Shown here one piece after another: positions 39,151 through 52,020 of a stretch of DNA of 64,000 nucleotides. Origin of the DNA: Camelus dromedarius (lineage: Eukaryota); NCBI RefSeq assembly GCF_036321535.1, contig NC_087457.1, positions 23,498,001 through 23,562,000 on the forward strand. The letters are read 5' to 3'. Under the pieces are notes generated by a model that made no database searches, was not told where the DNA came from, and saw only the letters and a program-made list of their open reading frames with translations. Positions within the stretch are counted from its first letter, which is position 1. Each line of letters begins with the position of its first letter. Made by a program: the position numbers and the translations under genes.

Positions 39151-41139
39151 GAGAGACACGAGAGTGGAGGGAGAGATTTTAAACAGAAGGAATTAAAGTC
39201 AAAACAAAAAGGCACAGGAGTGCCTAGTATATTCCAAGAATAGAGAGTTGTCTGCCGTGTCTTCAGTAGTATGTGATAGAAAGTGTTTGATAGGGACTGG
39301 AGTTGAAAGATAAGGTAAAAGTAAAATGTGAAGGGCCTTGGAAAGGAGGTGGATATAATATTTATTTGTACCCCTATGGAGGACTGGAATTATGAGTGTG
39401 AAATGAGGCTTAGGGAACTAGATAATTCGGAAGAGTACCTTGTGCACAAGGCACAGAACTTCCTCAGATATTTTTTGAGTAGTAGAAGGAGGAGGAAGGC
39501 ATTTCAGTTTCTCTTTGTGTCTGAGAGCTAGGCTAAGTGCAGCGTAAAAACACCACCTGGAAGAACAGATCTAAAAAGACAAGACTATGCCGCTAAACCT
39601 AGGTGTTTTCCAGAACTTTGGAAAATAGACCCATAACATATAATCTTTGGAAATAACATTTTTGCCTCACCCACACAGGTTTTCTCCTCCATTTTTACCT
39701 ATTACAAATAATTAACCTATACCTACATACTTATATATATACACACACATATATATAGGTAACCCATACCTATTGACTATTACAAATAATTAACCTATAA
39801 GGCAACAAAATGCCTAACTTACAGCATTTTCCCCCCTCAGGATATCTTTTGCTTCTATACTAAAACACAAAAGTCGTTACATTACAATCTAAACAGATTG
39901 GGTTTATCTAGGAGTTAAAGCATCACTGGAATATACCTTATTTAGAACTCAGAGGTGATTTATGGCAAATAAATGCAGTTATTACTATTAGTATGAAGCA
40001 TGTATTACTTACTGTTAGTTCAGTTTCTCCATTAAAAAATTAATGATGGATGTGAAAGTAACATTTTTATTTAGTCCTGCCTACTTCTTTTTAGGAAAAA
40101 AAAAAAGTATGAAAATAGTGAGAATGAAGCTGCAGAACTAAGAAATAAAATAACTTGACACCCAAGTACTGTTGCTTTAAAATGACCTAGAATATAATAG
40201 TCCCTTATTCATGACAATATTCTTAATAAAAATTTATTTTCTAGCATGATATAACAGAATTGCCTTTATTTTGTTGTTTGGATAATTGGATAATAAATAT
40301 TAGTGACAGTAATAAGTAATTTGAGTTAATTGTCATTTATTTTGTGAGCAATAAAAATAGTGGTTAAGAAAAAATGGAAACTTGCTTTCTGGCAGTTCAA
40401 CAGCATTGAAAATGCCAGTTCTAAATAGTTTCTTGCAATGGAGTAGCACAAGTATCCCTGTGGGGAGAAATGAATATTGAAATATTATTTTCTTTTTATT
40501 TTGGATTTTCATGAATGATAAAAGTACCTTCAAGGAATGGACAGAAAAGCTACATAAATTGAGTTATAATGACAGAGTAAAATATGAAATTAATCAGAAA
40601 ATCTAGATGAAGTCCCATCGTTCCATGAAAAGAAAAAATTGTTATTTTTTACTTCTTGGTTTTAATTGCAATGGATGATATACTGAATGTCAAATCTTAG
40701 GAAATTGACAATTAATTTAGAAGAGAATCAGTCATTTTATTCATAAAAATGGAAGAAGCATTTATATGCTTGAATTCTAACAATATGACTATTATGCAGC
40801 ATATGCAACCATATTATGAGCAGTGTTAGGATAGAAATAAGTTAGTATTCTTCAATTCCAAAGGACATAAAAGATTTACTTTATAAATTTTCTCTTTGGA
40901 GAGCACATAGAACTACTCAGCTCTCTCCCTGGCTGGCAAATGAACCGACACTGTAATGCCTGTTATTGGTATTTTAAAAGTTGTTCTGCAAATTGAGGAC
41001 ACTAAAGAGCCATTTCTAAATAATCGAGAATTTCCAAAACTATAAAATTGAGAGCAAGTTATTATTTCTTCAGTAATGCTTGTTAATTTTCTATAGTTAG
41101 AAAACTTTTAGAACTGAGTATTATTTATCATATATCTGT

Positions 41140-41730
41140 CTGGCACTCACTCTGTTGGCAAGGTGAGGAATATCAGGCACTCTGATATATTGTTGTAGGG
41201 GTTGCAAATTGATAAAACCCTTGTTCGGGGGAATATCTAAGAAACTCGTCACTCTATTTACTCCTTGTCTCAGTAATCCTATTTCTATAAATATAGTTGA
41301 AAGATTCACCTCCACAATATGAAAAAAAATGCACAAGTTTTTTTTTTAAGTGTGGCATTATTTGCAAAAACAAAAGATTGGGAAATAAAATTAATATCCA
41401 TCAATCTAGGGTATATAGCCAATGGAATATTATCAATATTAGACACACACACACACGCATGCACACACCCTGGCGGAATGAAAAAGGTTTCTATTATAGC
41501 AGTTTGATTGCCAGAATATATTTTTAAGTGATCAAAGCAGCCAGTGCAAGGTGTTGTATGTATGTGTAAGCAAAAGGAGAAATAGAATACATGCAAACAC
41601 TATACATATACTTGGATGTGGTAAACAAGGAACTAGTGACAATGATGGGTAGAAACAGAATAGATGAATTTGGAATACAGTCAAGACTTTTCCGAGTGTG
41701 CTTTTAAACAGTAGTTTTGACCTTTGAATC
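41140..41730 (+). mobile_element. L1ME-like ORF2 end and 3' UTR
   Basis: 'tgttggcaaggtgaggaatatcaggcactctgatatattgttgtaggggttgcaaattgataaaaccc' and 'ggcattatttgcaaaaacaaaagattgggaa'. Confidence 0.8.
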
Positions 41731-42479
41731 ATGAATCATTTTACGTATACAAAAATTAAATTAGATTAAAGACAAAAAACAATGGCTAAAGTTGAAAACA
41801 TTAACAACAAAAACAAGGTATTTATGGAGACTAAGTTAATATAACCATATTGAACATCAAAAGCAAGACGCCAGCCAGAGAATCAGAGGGGCCTGTGGGT
41901 TTATTAATCATCATCCATAGTTTAGAATGTATCCCTGCTATCATGATATTTCAATTTATTGCAACCCTTGGTAGACATTCTGTCTTCACATAAAATTTCA
42001 CTCTACTTTTCCCAGAAACCAAGCTGGCAGGTTACAGCATGGTCTTTTCTAGAAGGCCCTTGAAAAATGTTTGATCAGTTTAGTTTTTATTATGAGATGA
42101 TTGTGAAAATAGTACACTGTGCCCACTGATGTGTTCATAAACTGCGATGGGCCTAAGTGACTTAATTTGTGCTCTGATTGCTTTATTCACAATGCATAGA
42201 ACTTGCCAATGAGGTCACTGAAGAGAAGATAAATGGAAACTTATTACAGCACAAACCAGGTGTGCACATAAACACCATAATTTCGTCATAACTTCCCGGC
42301 ACTGTGGTTAGGTGTCATCTCACCTACCTTCTGTAGGCTGTTCAGCAGTCATCCATTGTGCACAAGCAGGAGCAGCCCCAGCTCTGCACTGGTCATGTCA
42401 TCCAACATGCCCTGACCCATCGAAGCTTTCATCACCCCTCTTCTAGGCCCTGAGACCTAGTCTTCTCTAGCGTCAAATC

Positions 42480-44010
42480 CAAAAACGTCTGGCCTGGCAC
42501 ACCAGGTTCTTGGTGTTCTCACTCCACTTACCTCTCCAACTCACTGAAATGATCCTTTTCACAGGTCTGTTCTACTCTCTCTCCTATGCATCCAACACAG
42601 CTTTTCTGTCAGTCTCTTTTTCCACAGCTAGAAATCTATCCTTTTTTCTCTCTCTCTTTCTTAATAAGATAACCTCTTATTGCTTTCATGATGAGAGCTC
42701 CTAACAATTTATTTGTCACTTTATCTAAACCTGTGTAGTATACAATTCAGTTTATAATGTTAGAACATCTTGAAGTTTTCTTAAGGCAATTCATATTTAG
42801 AAGTGATCTCTTAAAGTACTGTAGAACTCCTCAAAACCCCTCTCCTGTTCTCTAGCACCTCCCACAATTTGGGGAATTAGATGTTATTGACTTAATGAAC
42901 CACCAGAATAGAGTGAAACATAATCAGTTGACAGAAACATACTGATATAGAATATCTTATGCTATTTAGAGCTCTATTAATTAGATTTAAATAGCATGTG
43001 CAGTGAAAAATGCTTAAAGGATTATTTGAATTGATATAATTTCCCCCAAATTGACCCTTGTTCATCTCTGATCCATTCTTCACACAGCAGCCAAAGGGAG
43101 GGTTTGCAAATGAAAATTGGACCGTGTCATTTTTTCCCACTCAATGCCACTCAGTAACTTCATATTTAGAATAAAATTTATATTTTATGTCTCATGTTCC
43201 ATAAAACTTTGAACAATCAGGCCACTGCTTACTTCTCCAGTGGCCTGGCACACTTTCCTCCTTGAGTTTTACAATCTACCAAAGTGGTTTATTTTCAGTA
43301 CGTGGACCTTTCCCTCTTCAGACCAGGAGTTCTCTTATTTTACCTGAAACACTCTTCTGGACACTGTGTGTCTAGCTTACATGTCCTTCAGGTCTTGCTT
43401 TAGAGCCATTTCCTCAGGCAGATTTTCCCTAAGCTCTCACTCTTCCTGCCATTATTCTTTCTTATACTCGCCTGCTCTTCTCCATCATAAAATTTAGTAC
43501 AAAATATACCACTTCTCATGCTCCACTCCATTCCACACCTATTAAAACAGATTGTCTCTTGGTATGGCTAAGGCATTGGTATTTTTTAAAGGACTCTCAG
43601 GGATTTTCTTTTTTTTAAATACTCTGACCTATAGAGAAAGTCCAAGCCCGCAGTTTGACATCCAAGACCCTTTTACTGTTTGCCCCTCAGTTATGTAGGC
43701 AGCTTCTCCTCTGGTCATTTTTGTTTGTTTTTTTGAGGGTTTTTTTTGGCTACACATATACTCTAGGCACAGAAATACACTACCTGCTACTGAATTTATC
43801 ACATTTTATTAATCCCTGTCAGCATTTTCACTATTATTCCAGATATTTTTGTCTCCAAACAAATTCTGCCTTATTTGAAGCTCAACCATTAATATTTTGG
43901 TTCTCTTGATTTCCTATAAAGGTAGGTCCTCTATCACCTTCACATCTATCTCAAACACATCACTCTTCAGGGATAGAACTAGGTTTCATGGTGTCAGAAG
44001 CTTCTGGAAT
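42480..44010 (+). mobile_element. L2 LINE, long fragmented copy
   Basis: 'ccattcttcacacagcagccaaagggag' and 'ccaccaatagtgagtgaaac'-like L2 motifs; the 3' end is near 43990. Confidence 0.75.
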
Positions 44011-44422
44011 GTTGTGATATCTCTCTAAGTTAAAAAGTACAAATCAGGTCTAGGTTCATGGAAGGCACCATGAAAGTAAGGGACTTTGTTGCTCTGATTG
44101 CCTTTGTGGTAAATCCATTCCTGCCTTCATCATAGCAGTTCTCAAGCAAAAAGCTGGTACAGAGTAGGTACTCAAAAAATATTTTAATGTCACTGAATGA
44201 CTTCTTGAATCCTACAATTGGAGCAAAAAAAAAAAAAAATTGAGTTGGAGAAAGAAGATTCAGGCTCCTTCCTATCCACTCTCCTCTTTTGTGTAGAAAT
44301 TCCATCTTGTTTACTTTCTCCTCTTTACTCCTGCTGGCCATCCTACACTCACCCTGCCAGTTTTAAGAGTTGTTCCCCACCCCCTTTTTTGTTTTTAATA
44401 TATATTTAGGTTACCAGTAGGA

Positions 44423-44590
44423 CAGTGGTAATCCTACTTTGGTACATAAATTTGTGCAGCAAAATCATTTGGGAAGCTGATTAAAAAAGCAGATTTAAAG
44501 CCCCATATCATATTTTCTAAATCAGAATCCCTAAGGACAGAGCCCAGGAATCTGTATTTTTAATTAACCTCACCTGAAGCTCACTCAAAT
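44423..44590. mobile_element. MER5A hAT MITE
   Basis: 'cagtggtaatcc...aaaatcatttgggaagc...aaatcagaatccctaaggacagagcccaggaatctgtattttta'. Confidence 0.8.
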
Positions 44591-47500
44591 ATGAGAACTA
44601 CCCCTTGAATTCTTTTGGACTCATATTTTAACCTCTTGGTAGAGTTCTTACTGAATTTCTCCAGTCGTTCATGGTACCCCCTTTTGCTAAACTCTTTCTT
44701 AATGAGTGCACTGTTAATCAGAGGTATACAACTCACAAAAAAGAAGCCTACAGAATAAAAAACAAATATACAGCTCACAAGAAAGCTCCATGGATAGGAC
44801 TGTGTAAGTGTTATTCACCAGTCTGTCCGTGTGCCTAGTACCTCTCCTGCCTTAGAGCAAGTGCTCAGCATGTGTGGATGAGTAAGTGAAGGAAAGCGAG
44901 GACACCATTTTGTGGGAGAAGGAGGGATGGAAAGCAGCATGTGTAAGTGAGGACACAGGAGAAACATGAAATAACCAAGATTTGCTGTAGAGCATCTCCT
45001 GAGAAAGGAAAGAAGGGAGAGTTTGAAAGGGAATACATTTTACTGCTGCTGAGAATAGGCGTAGAGACTAGAGAAAGTGATAGGGGGGATCAGGAGGCAT
45101 CATTTTATGGCCCTTTGAGAGGAAGACTTAAAACCAAAAGTGCAATAATACTGGATTTCTTAATCAAAAGATGGTTTCAATCATACCAATATGTTTATTT
45201 AGCTTTATGACAGTGAGAGGCAACTGGTCTTTATGTTTCTGCTCTATTTAGAATGCAGCCCACAGGCTGACCACATTAACCAGGTGAACTTTATTCAACT
45301 GACACATCCAGGTCATGTCTGATTGAACACTGACCTATACTGTTGGGTGGAAACTATGAAATACTGCATTGTATTATATATTTTTAAGTGTCTGGCAGCA
45401 TATATCATGTTTTGGGCTAAGTCAGGAGTGTGGGGTGAATCCAAAACACATGTGGGATCCATGCAGCCTTGATAACTATTTTGACAAAGGCCTGGAGATG
45501 CCTCCTCTCACCAAGAGCAGGAATTGAGTTTACATACTTTTCTTTATTGCTAATATGCTGATTTCAGATACTGTAAAATATTTCTGTTGGTAACAAAAAT
45601 TAAAAAAAAATTGATGGAAATAAAAGAACACAGACATAGTAGAAGAAATGAAATCACCAAGTTATTTATGTTAAGTAACCACAAAAGTCTAGAAAAACAA
45701 AATAATATCTAGATATTTGCTGTACTAGATGTTAATTATATGTAAGGAAGTGTAAGTGATAAATCACTCTTCAAACAGCAATCTTCAAATGCCCTCACGT
45801 AATTTATTTTTATAAACTTAGTAGAGTGTTTATCAAATTTCCATGAATCCTTTTATAGAACTAATTTCAGGGGTAGGGAAGAGGTATGTGGTTATAGAAA
45901 GATACAGAAATGTAGGTACTAAATTTTTACCAGGCAAAAATATAAGCCAGCTTCTGTTCTTCAGCTCCAAGGGCCACATTCCCTAGTACCAATAATAGCT
46001 AACATATGAACACAGTCAGAATATGGTCTGCATCCCTATTGTGAGGTTAGCTTCTGCATACGACTCACTGATGCATCCCTAGGGTCTACAGAGCACCTGG
46101 TACATATAATGGTTAAATGCTCAGTAAAATGTTTATTGGTCTGAAGCCCATTTTTATAAGAGAGGCACAAACATTTTGAGTCTGGGTTTGTTTAGAGGAC
46201 ATTTTTTTAAAAAGTGTTTATTCTCTCTATAAAAGAGATTTAAGTGAATTGGAGTGGGGTTCTTCAGTTCTGATACTACATATAACTTGGACTCAACACT
46301 GTGTTTTCTACCTCTTGTAATCCAAGGAACCTCCAAATTACAAGTGAATTTTACTATGAAAGTTTAACTGCACTTTTTTTCACCACTGCATTTTCATGAG
46401 TACATTTTATCAGTTCAGTTTGGCAAATATTTATTGCATGTATATCTATATAATAGTTATGTAAATTCCAAAGATGAGGCATATAGTTGTAGAGACAGAG
46501 AGATTAGCATCTAGGGGAAGGACCACAGGTACAGAGAAATAATTTCAATATAAGACTGATGACCAAATATGCTAGAGTGGAAAACATAATGTGGTATTTG
46601 AGAATAAGATATAAATTCTAATTGGCAGAAAAATTCTATTTCAGTAAAGTTATAAGACATAGAAAACAACAACTGAGTATATTGTAGGATATATAATAGC
46701 GCTTAAAAACTGAGATTATGTTTGTACAAATAAAAAAATGAAGAGGTGAATGGACCATTTTGTGAGTGATCTGAAGAGTAATTTTGGGACACTTTTAACT
46801 GAACAGAAAGTGAACTGAAAAATTTTAAATGTCTTTTCACTTTAAAGTTTGGATCCCTAGTTTTTCCTTGGACATCTATCCTGTATTCCAATTAGATTTT
46901 TCTTTACACAACTTATGATTATTTAAACTACACTTAAGTATTATGACCTACTTTAGAAAGCCTTCTTATTACTACCAATCTCTACCTTTTACTTTAAACC
47001 CTGGAGTGGCAGCCATCACTTTTTATTTGCTTTAGGAATTCTTTGAACAGATATCTTGTCTATGCTCAAAGGTCAAGGATAAGATCAATATCTCATTGTT
47101 TTAACTTCCTTGAGAGCATCTGGCTCACTTCACAGTTTCAATTACTATTTAATAATAAGTATTGAATAATGTTTCTTATGTTTGCTAATAACACTTTATA
47201 AACTGTGATAAAGATGGTTGACTGGGAAGCTTTGTATTGGCATCATTTCCAGGAAAAAGATGTATGCATGGGAGCCACTGAGGACCAAGTTCCAGGCTTC
47301 CTCCATTACATTCACAATCCAATCTACAAACAACACTCTTCTCAAGATGAATAAACCTGAGATACAAGTGTTAAGTCATTTATTAAGGGCTACAAATTTA
47401 ATACACATTATTCAATCCTAGATATCTCTTACTCACCCTAAGAAACAGTTCCTTTGTTTATATAAATAAACTTAATTTCTAAGACAGTGAACATTATTAT

Positions 47501-47879
47501 TTTTTATAGATGAACTTATAGTCATAGAGAAACACTTATTAAAGGCCCACCTAATGACCAAACAGTTCAATGAATAGCGAGCATTTAGAAAAAAAATGCT
47601 AAATTGAATTTGCCTTGCATCCTGCTTTTCTGTTAGTCACTGCTTATTTGTATTAGAAACAGTAAACTATTTAACATGAACAGAAATCCCGAAGCAGAAT
47701 ACTTTTATTGACATCTGTAGATGCTTTTTAGAAGGATTTGGCCACTATCTATCCTCCATAATTTCAGTAATCATTATATAAAAGAATCCAACCACGTTCT
47801 TAACTTTCACTTTTTACTATTTGAAACTTTAATTAATTTCAATTAACAGTTATTTCATTAACTTGTTGATTTTTCTGAT

Positions 47880-48780
47880 ATTAAATTCTCCATGCCTTAC
47901 TTCAGTGCTAAGCATAGAGCAGTGAATGGACAGTCTCCGCAGAGTAGGTAATACTGGCGGTTACAGTCCAACGAGGAAGACCATCAATTTAACCCCCAAA
48001 TATAATAATGTAGGCACTAGAGGGGAACACAGAAGGAAAACATTTTCAAGAATAGGGATCAGAGAAAGTCTTTTGGAAGAAGTCACACTTAAACTCAGTC
48101 TTGCCAAGATGAGAATCTCCTCTTCAGGTGAAGAGGGAAGGAGTGAAGACAGGCTTCAGATAGTTGTGAAATGGCCTGGAGGCAAGAAAGAACACAGATG
48201 TTAGGAATATAAAGAAACTCAATATTGTTAAAGAATGGAGGACACTGACAAAGGATGGGTGAAGAAGGCAAAACTCAGGTGGCAGAGGGATTTGTAAGTT
48301 GTTTAAGGACATTTAGCTATAGTACAACAGCCAGAAACCATGAAGGTCGTTAAAGTTTTAGATGGGGCAATTCTGTGTTAAGGAAGGTCACTTTGGCTCC
48401 AATATGAGAAATCTATTGCAAGGGTACAGAATATGAAATAAGAAGGAGATGTTTTTGGTCATACTTTAGAAGAGAAACAATGGAGGTCCAGATTAATTTA
48501 GGACCCAGGGACAGAAAAGAGTTGAGTAGCAATTGAAACTGCCAAGATTGGACAATTGATTTGGTGTCAGGAAGTGTTGATGATATTTTCCAATGTTTGT
48601 GCTTAGGTGATGGGAGAGATGGTAATGCCTTTTACTGAGGCAGGAACACTGAAGGAAAAGGAGATTTGTTAGGGCTTGACCTAATGGGAGGGAATGAGAA
48701 GTTCAGCCTGGGATATGTTGAGTTCAAAGTGCTATGAGACCTCCCTCCAGGAGAGGGTGTATAGAGTTACTTAAACTTTA
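47880..48780 (-). mobile_element. L2 LINE fragment
   Basis: 'cagtgctaagcatagagcagtgaatggacagtctcc' and 'gagaagttcagcctgggatatgttgagttcaaagtgc'. Confidence 0.85.
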
Positions 48781-48860
48781 AGTAATGCAGACTTAAACCT
48801 TAGGAAATACATATGGTGAATGTGTGTGTGTGTGTGTGTATACAGGTATATATATTCATA

Positions 48861-49073
48861 CAGTTGACCCTTGAACAACTAGGAGATTAAGGTGCTGACC
48901 CCTCAGCAGTCAAAATTCCATGTTTAACTTTATAGTCAACTCTCCAGATAGGGGTTCTGCATTCAGGACTACAACCACTGAGCAGATCATGTAGTACCGT
49001 AGTATTGATTGAAAAAAATCCACATATGAGTACACTCCTGCAGCTCAAACCCATGTTGTTCAAGGGTCAGCTG
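48861..49073. mobile_element. MER8 (Tigger2-derived) MITE, full length
   Basis: 19-bp TIRs cagttgacccttgaacaac / gttgttcaagggtcagctg (one mismatch), with TA on both sides. Confidence 0.93.
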
Positions 49074-49209
49074 TATCTATATGTACACATGTATGTAGGA
49101 TTGACTGACAATAATTGTATCCAGTCTGTATGTCCACTATATATGTATCCAGTGATTGATTATAAGTTCTTCTCTCATTTCCACTGTCACCACGACCACC
49201 GTTACTAAA

Positions 49210-49395
49210 CAGTTTTGTGTATATTATATGTCTTTTAGCCATCATATGTATTCTCAGAGCTGAGTGATATTAACATTCCCACTTTAAAGTTGAGGAAACC
49301 AAAACAAAGTTCAAATAACTTGCGTAAGGTCACACAGTAAGTAAAAGATGGAGCCAGGATTCTATCCAGACAATCTGACTAAGCCCTGACTGCTA
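49210..49395 (-). mobile_element. MIR SINE
   Basis: 'cccactttaaagttgaggaaacc...aaataacttgcgtaaggtcacacagtaagtaa...ggagccaggattc'. Confidence 0.85.
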
Positions 49396-51399
49396 AGCTG
49401 TACGGATGGTTAGCAACATCAAGTTCACTCATCATTTGAATGGGTTACTTGGAACCCAGAGTTAATAAATGTTTTAGAAAGAAGCATCTGGAGAGGAGCT
49501 ACTTCACTATGTCCTATAATGGTGGATATTCCGGAGAGTAAGAGAGCCAGAATGAAATTTGGTTATCATTCTTACACATACATGCGTATTTTAAAATGCT
49601 TTCAAACACCTAGTGCTGTAGGAAAAACTGATTATGGATATTTATCCTGTATATTTTAAGAAAATAAAGAAAAATAAACTTTATGTTTTGTTTTAAAACT
49701 ACGTTATTCAGGTTTTCCTTAGGTTCTTGAAATTGCATTCATTTTATAAATTGATAAATATTTATCTCATTTTATTAGTATTTTGGGCATACATGCTTTA
49801 ACCAGATTCTATTTCAAGGTACCTCAATATGGATAACCATTCATTTTAGATTTTTAAAATTCATATCCCATTTAAGTATTTTTTGGAGAGAAAACAAAAA
49901 GCTAGTTCTACCTGGATATTACGTAGAACAAACCATTTCTATACTTTTCCAAAAAGTATATCTTTTTTTGGCTTTGAGTAACAACAAAGACATACCCAAC
50001 TTTGACAAACATGGAAGAATGTAAACTTTTGGATCTCATATACCCTAGGTTATAGACTATTTGTCACCATAAAGTGTGGCTCATTTACAGGATGAGAAAC
50101 AGGACCTAATTTTGGCTTCATAAAGACATGCAGCTTTTTGATCTGTGTTCTCAGCCAGCAAACAAAAACATGAGAGGTACATTCATCTAGCTAATAGGCT
50201 TCCACAGGACTTCTGCAAGCCAACAGGATCTGCTCCCCTGCAGAACAGTGGAGCCACTATGTCTATAGGCCCTGATAACCTTGAAAAATTATCCATACAT
50301 TTTCTACATACCAGACTAATCAGAGCCGAAGGGAAAATTGTGTCCCTACTTTGGCATTATCTGTCTGATAAGTTTAAATAGGAAAAATGCTTTCCATTTT
50401 TTTCCATCATCATTGAAACTGATATTTTAATCTGAATAGTAACCTTGACATCAGTGTGGCATTCCAGAGCTACTCCCTCATGTAGTTTCAATTTTCTCCT
50501 CCCTTTGGAGAAATGACCTTGTACTACTGTGTTAAAGAGCAAATGGCTGATGTGATATTTACATCAAAGGGTTTGTTCAGTACATTTCAGTATAATAATC
50601 ATAAAGAAGGAGAGAATGTGTTTTTGCATATCATGAGTGTCTTTGGAAAGTCGCTAAAAAGCCTGTATCAGTCTAGACACTGATTATGTCCATTGTCTCT
50701 TTTATGTAATATTTAATTTATTTTCACAGAAATGCCCCAGGTGAATACAACTCTTTCCAGCTTGAAGTTTATATTTTGGGAAATAATTCACAGAGTTCAA
50801 AGCTTCCAACTTGCATAGATTTACTGTTGCTGCAGCACCAAACATCTTTTTCTGATACTAGCTTACAAACAGACACTCGATGGGCCAGGTGATGAGAAGC
50901 AGAAGTTCAGTGCAGGTGCTTGTCCCAGTTTACACGTATATGGTATTCAGCTCCTGGTAATAATGTTTACTTGCGTGATGCATTATTGTTTGCAGAGAGT
51001 TGCCATATCCATTTCTCTTTGCTACAGAACTGTGGCTGTAATTTCTGAGTCACTCCGAATGGTCCTCTGCTTGAGGTCGTGTGCACTATCACTCCTGCTA
51101 GAACTGCACATCTTTGGACACAGTTATTGCTTCAAGCTAAAATAATAGGGAGGAGAAATATGTTCAGGTGTAAGAATTGAGGAAATATGTTTCACTTAAC
51201 AAAGACCTCATCAGGAGTCTAGTGGAAATCAGTGATTACATTTTGGTGAAGTTCTTCTCCAGGTAGAGCTTCTTGACCTATTGAAGGTGGAGGTATTTTT
51301 CACTCCTTGCTTTTTCTTAGGGAAAGCAGCACCATTATTCTTTGTAGTGATGTGGGGAAAGAACTGTGGGAACTCTGCTCTCCTGCAGTGAATCCGCCA

Positions 51400-52020
51400 T
51401 GTAGGACCTAGGTGGTTTCAGCATGTCAGTCTATTTGTGTCATTCCTTTGTTGAGGACAGGTCAAGGATTTCCCTTTCCCTTTAGAGCGGCATTCATGTT
51501 TCTTCCCATGGCCTATAAGGCTCTAAATAACCCCACCCACGCCTACTCCCCCAATATCGTCTTTACCGTTCTTCTAGTGCCCATTTTACCTTGAGAGACA
51601 ATTTTTGTTGTTGTGGTTCTATGATGTTTCATTGCTTTCTGTTGCTTTTTCTGTGTTCAAAATCGTCCTCCTGGGTACTTAGGTAGCTGGTTTATTTCCA
51701 TTGTTTACATTTTATTTCAAATGCTACATCCTTAAATAGATCTTTACTCACCAAAATAGCCCCCTAAACCAACCTTTTAGTCACTTCATCTCTCTTTATC
51801 CTGCTGCATTTTTAAAATACATTTATATACATAAATGCTATATAACACTGTGTATAATAATCTTTAGGTTTTTGTCTGGTTTCCTTCTTCCTTAGGTCCA
51901 GACCATAAGCTCCAGGAGAGCAGAGACTGTGTCTGTCATATGCATTGCTGTATCTCCAGCGTCTAAAACGGGGTCTGTCCCTGGAGTAGGTACCCAGAAA
52001 TTTTTGCTGAAAACGCAAAG
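51400..52020 (+). mobile_element. L2 LINE 3' part
   Basis: 'ttcccatggcctataaggctctaaataac' and 'ccagaccataagctccaggagagcagagactgtgtctg...gtatctccagcgtctaaaac'. Confidence 0.85.

Noticed and set aside
40007-40045. Minus-strand GTAAGT donor
   Set aside because: Part of a MIR core-like sequence.
41121-41336. 71-aa minus ORF with a protein-like look (GVNRVTSFLDIPPNKGF...)
   Set aside because: It is the antisense of an L1ME ORF2/3' UTR fragment.
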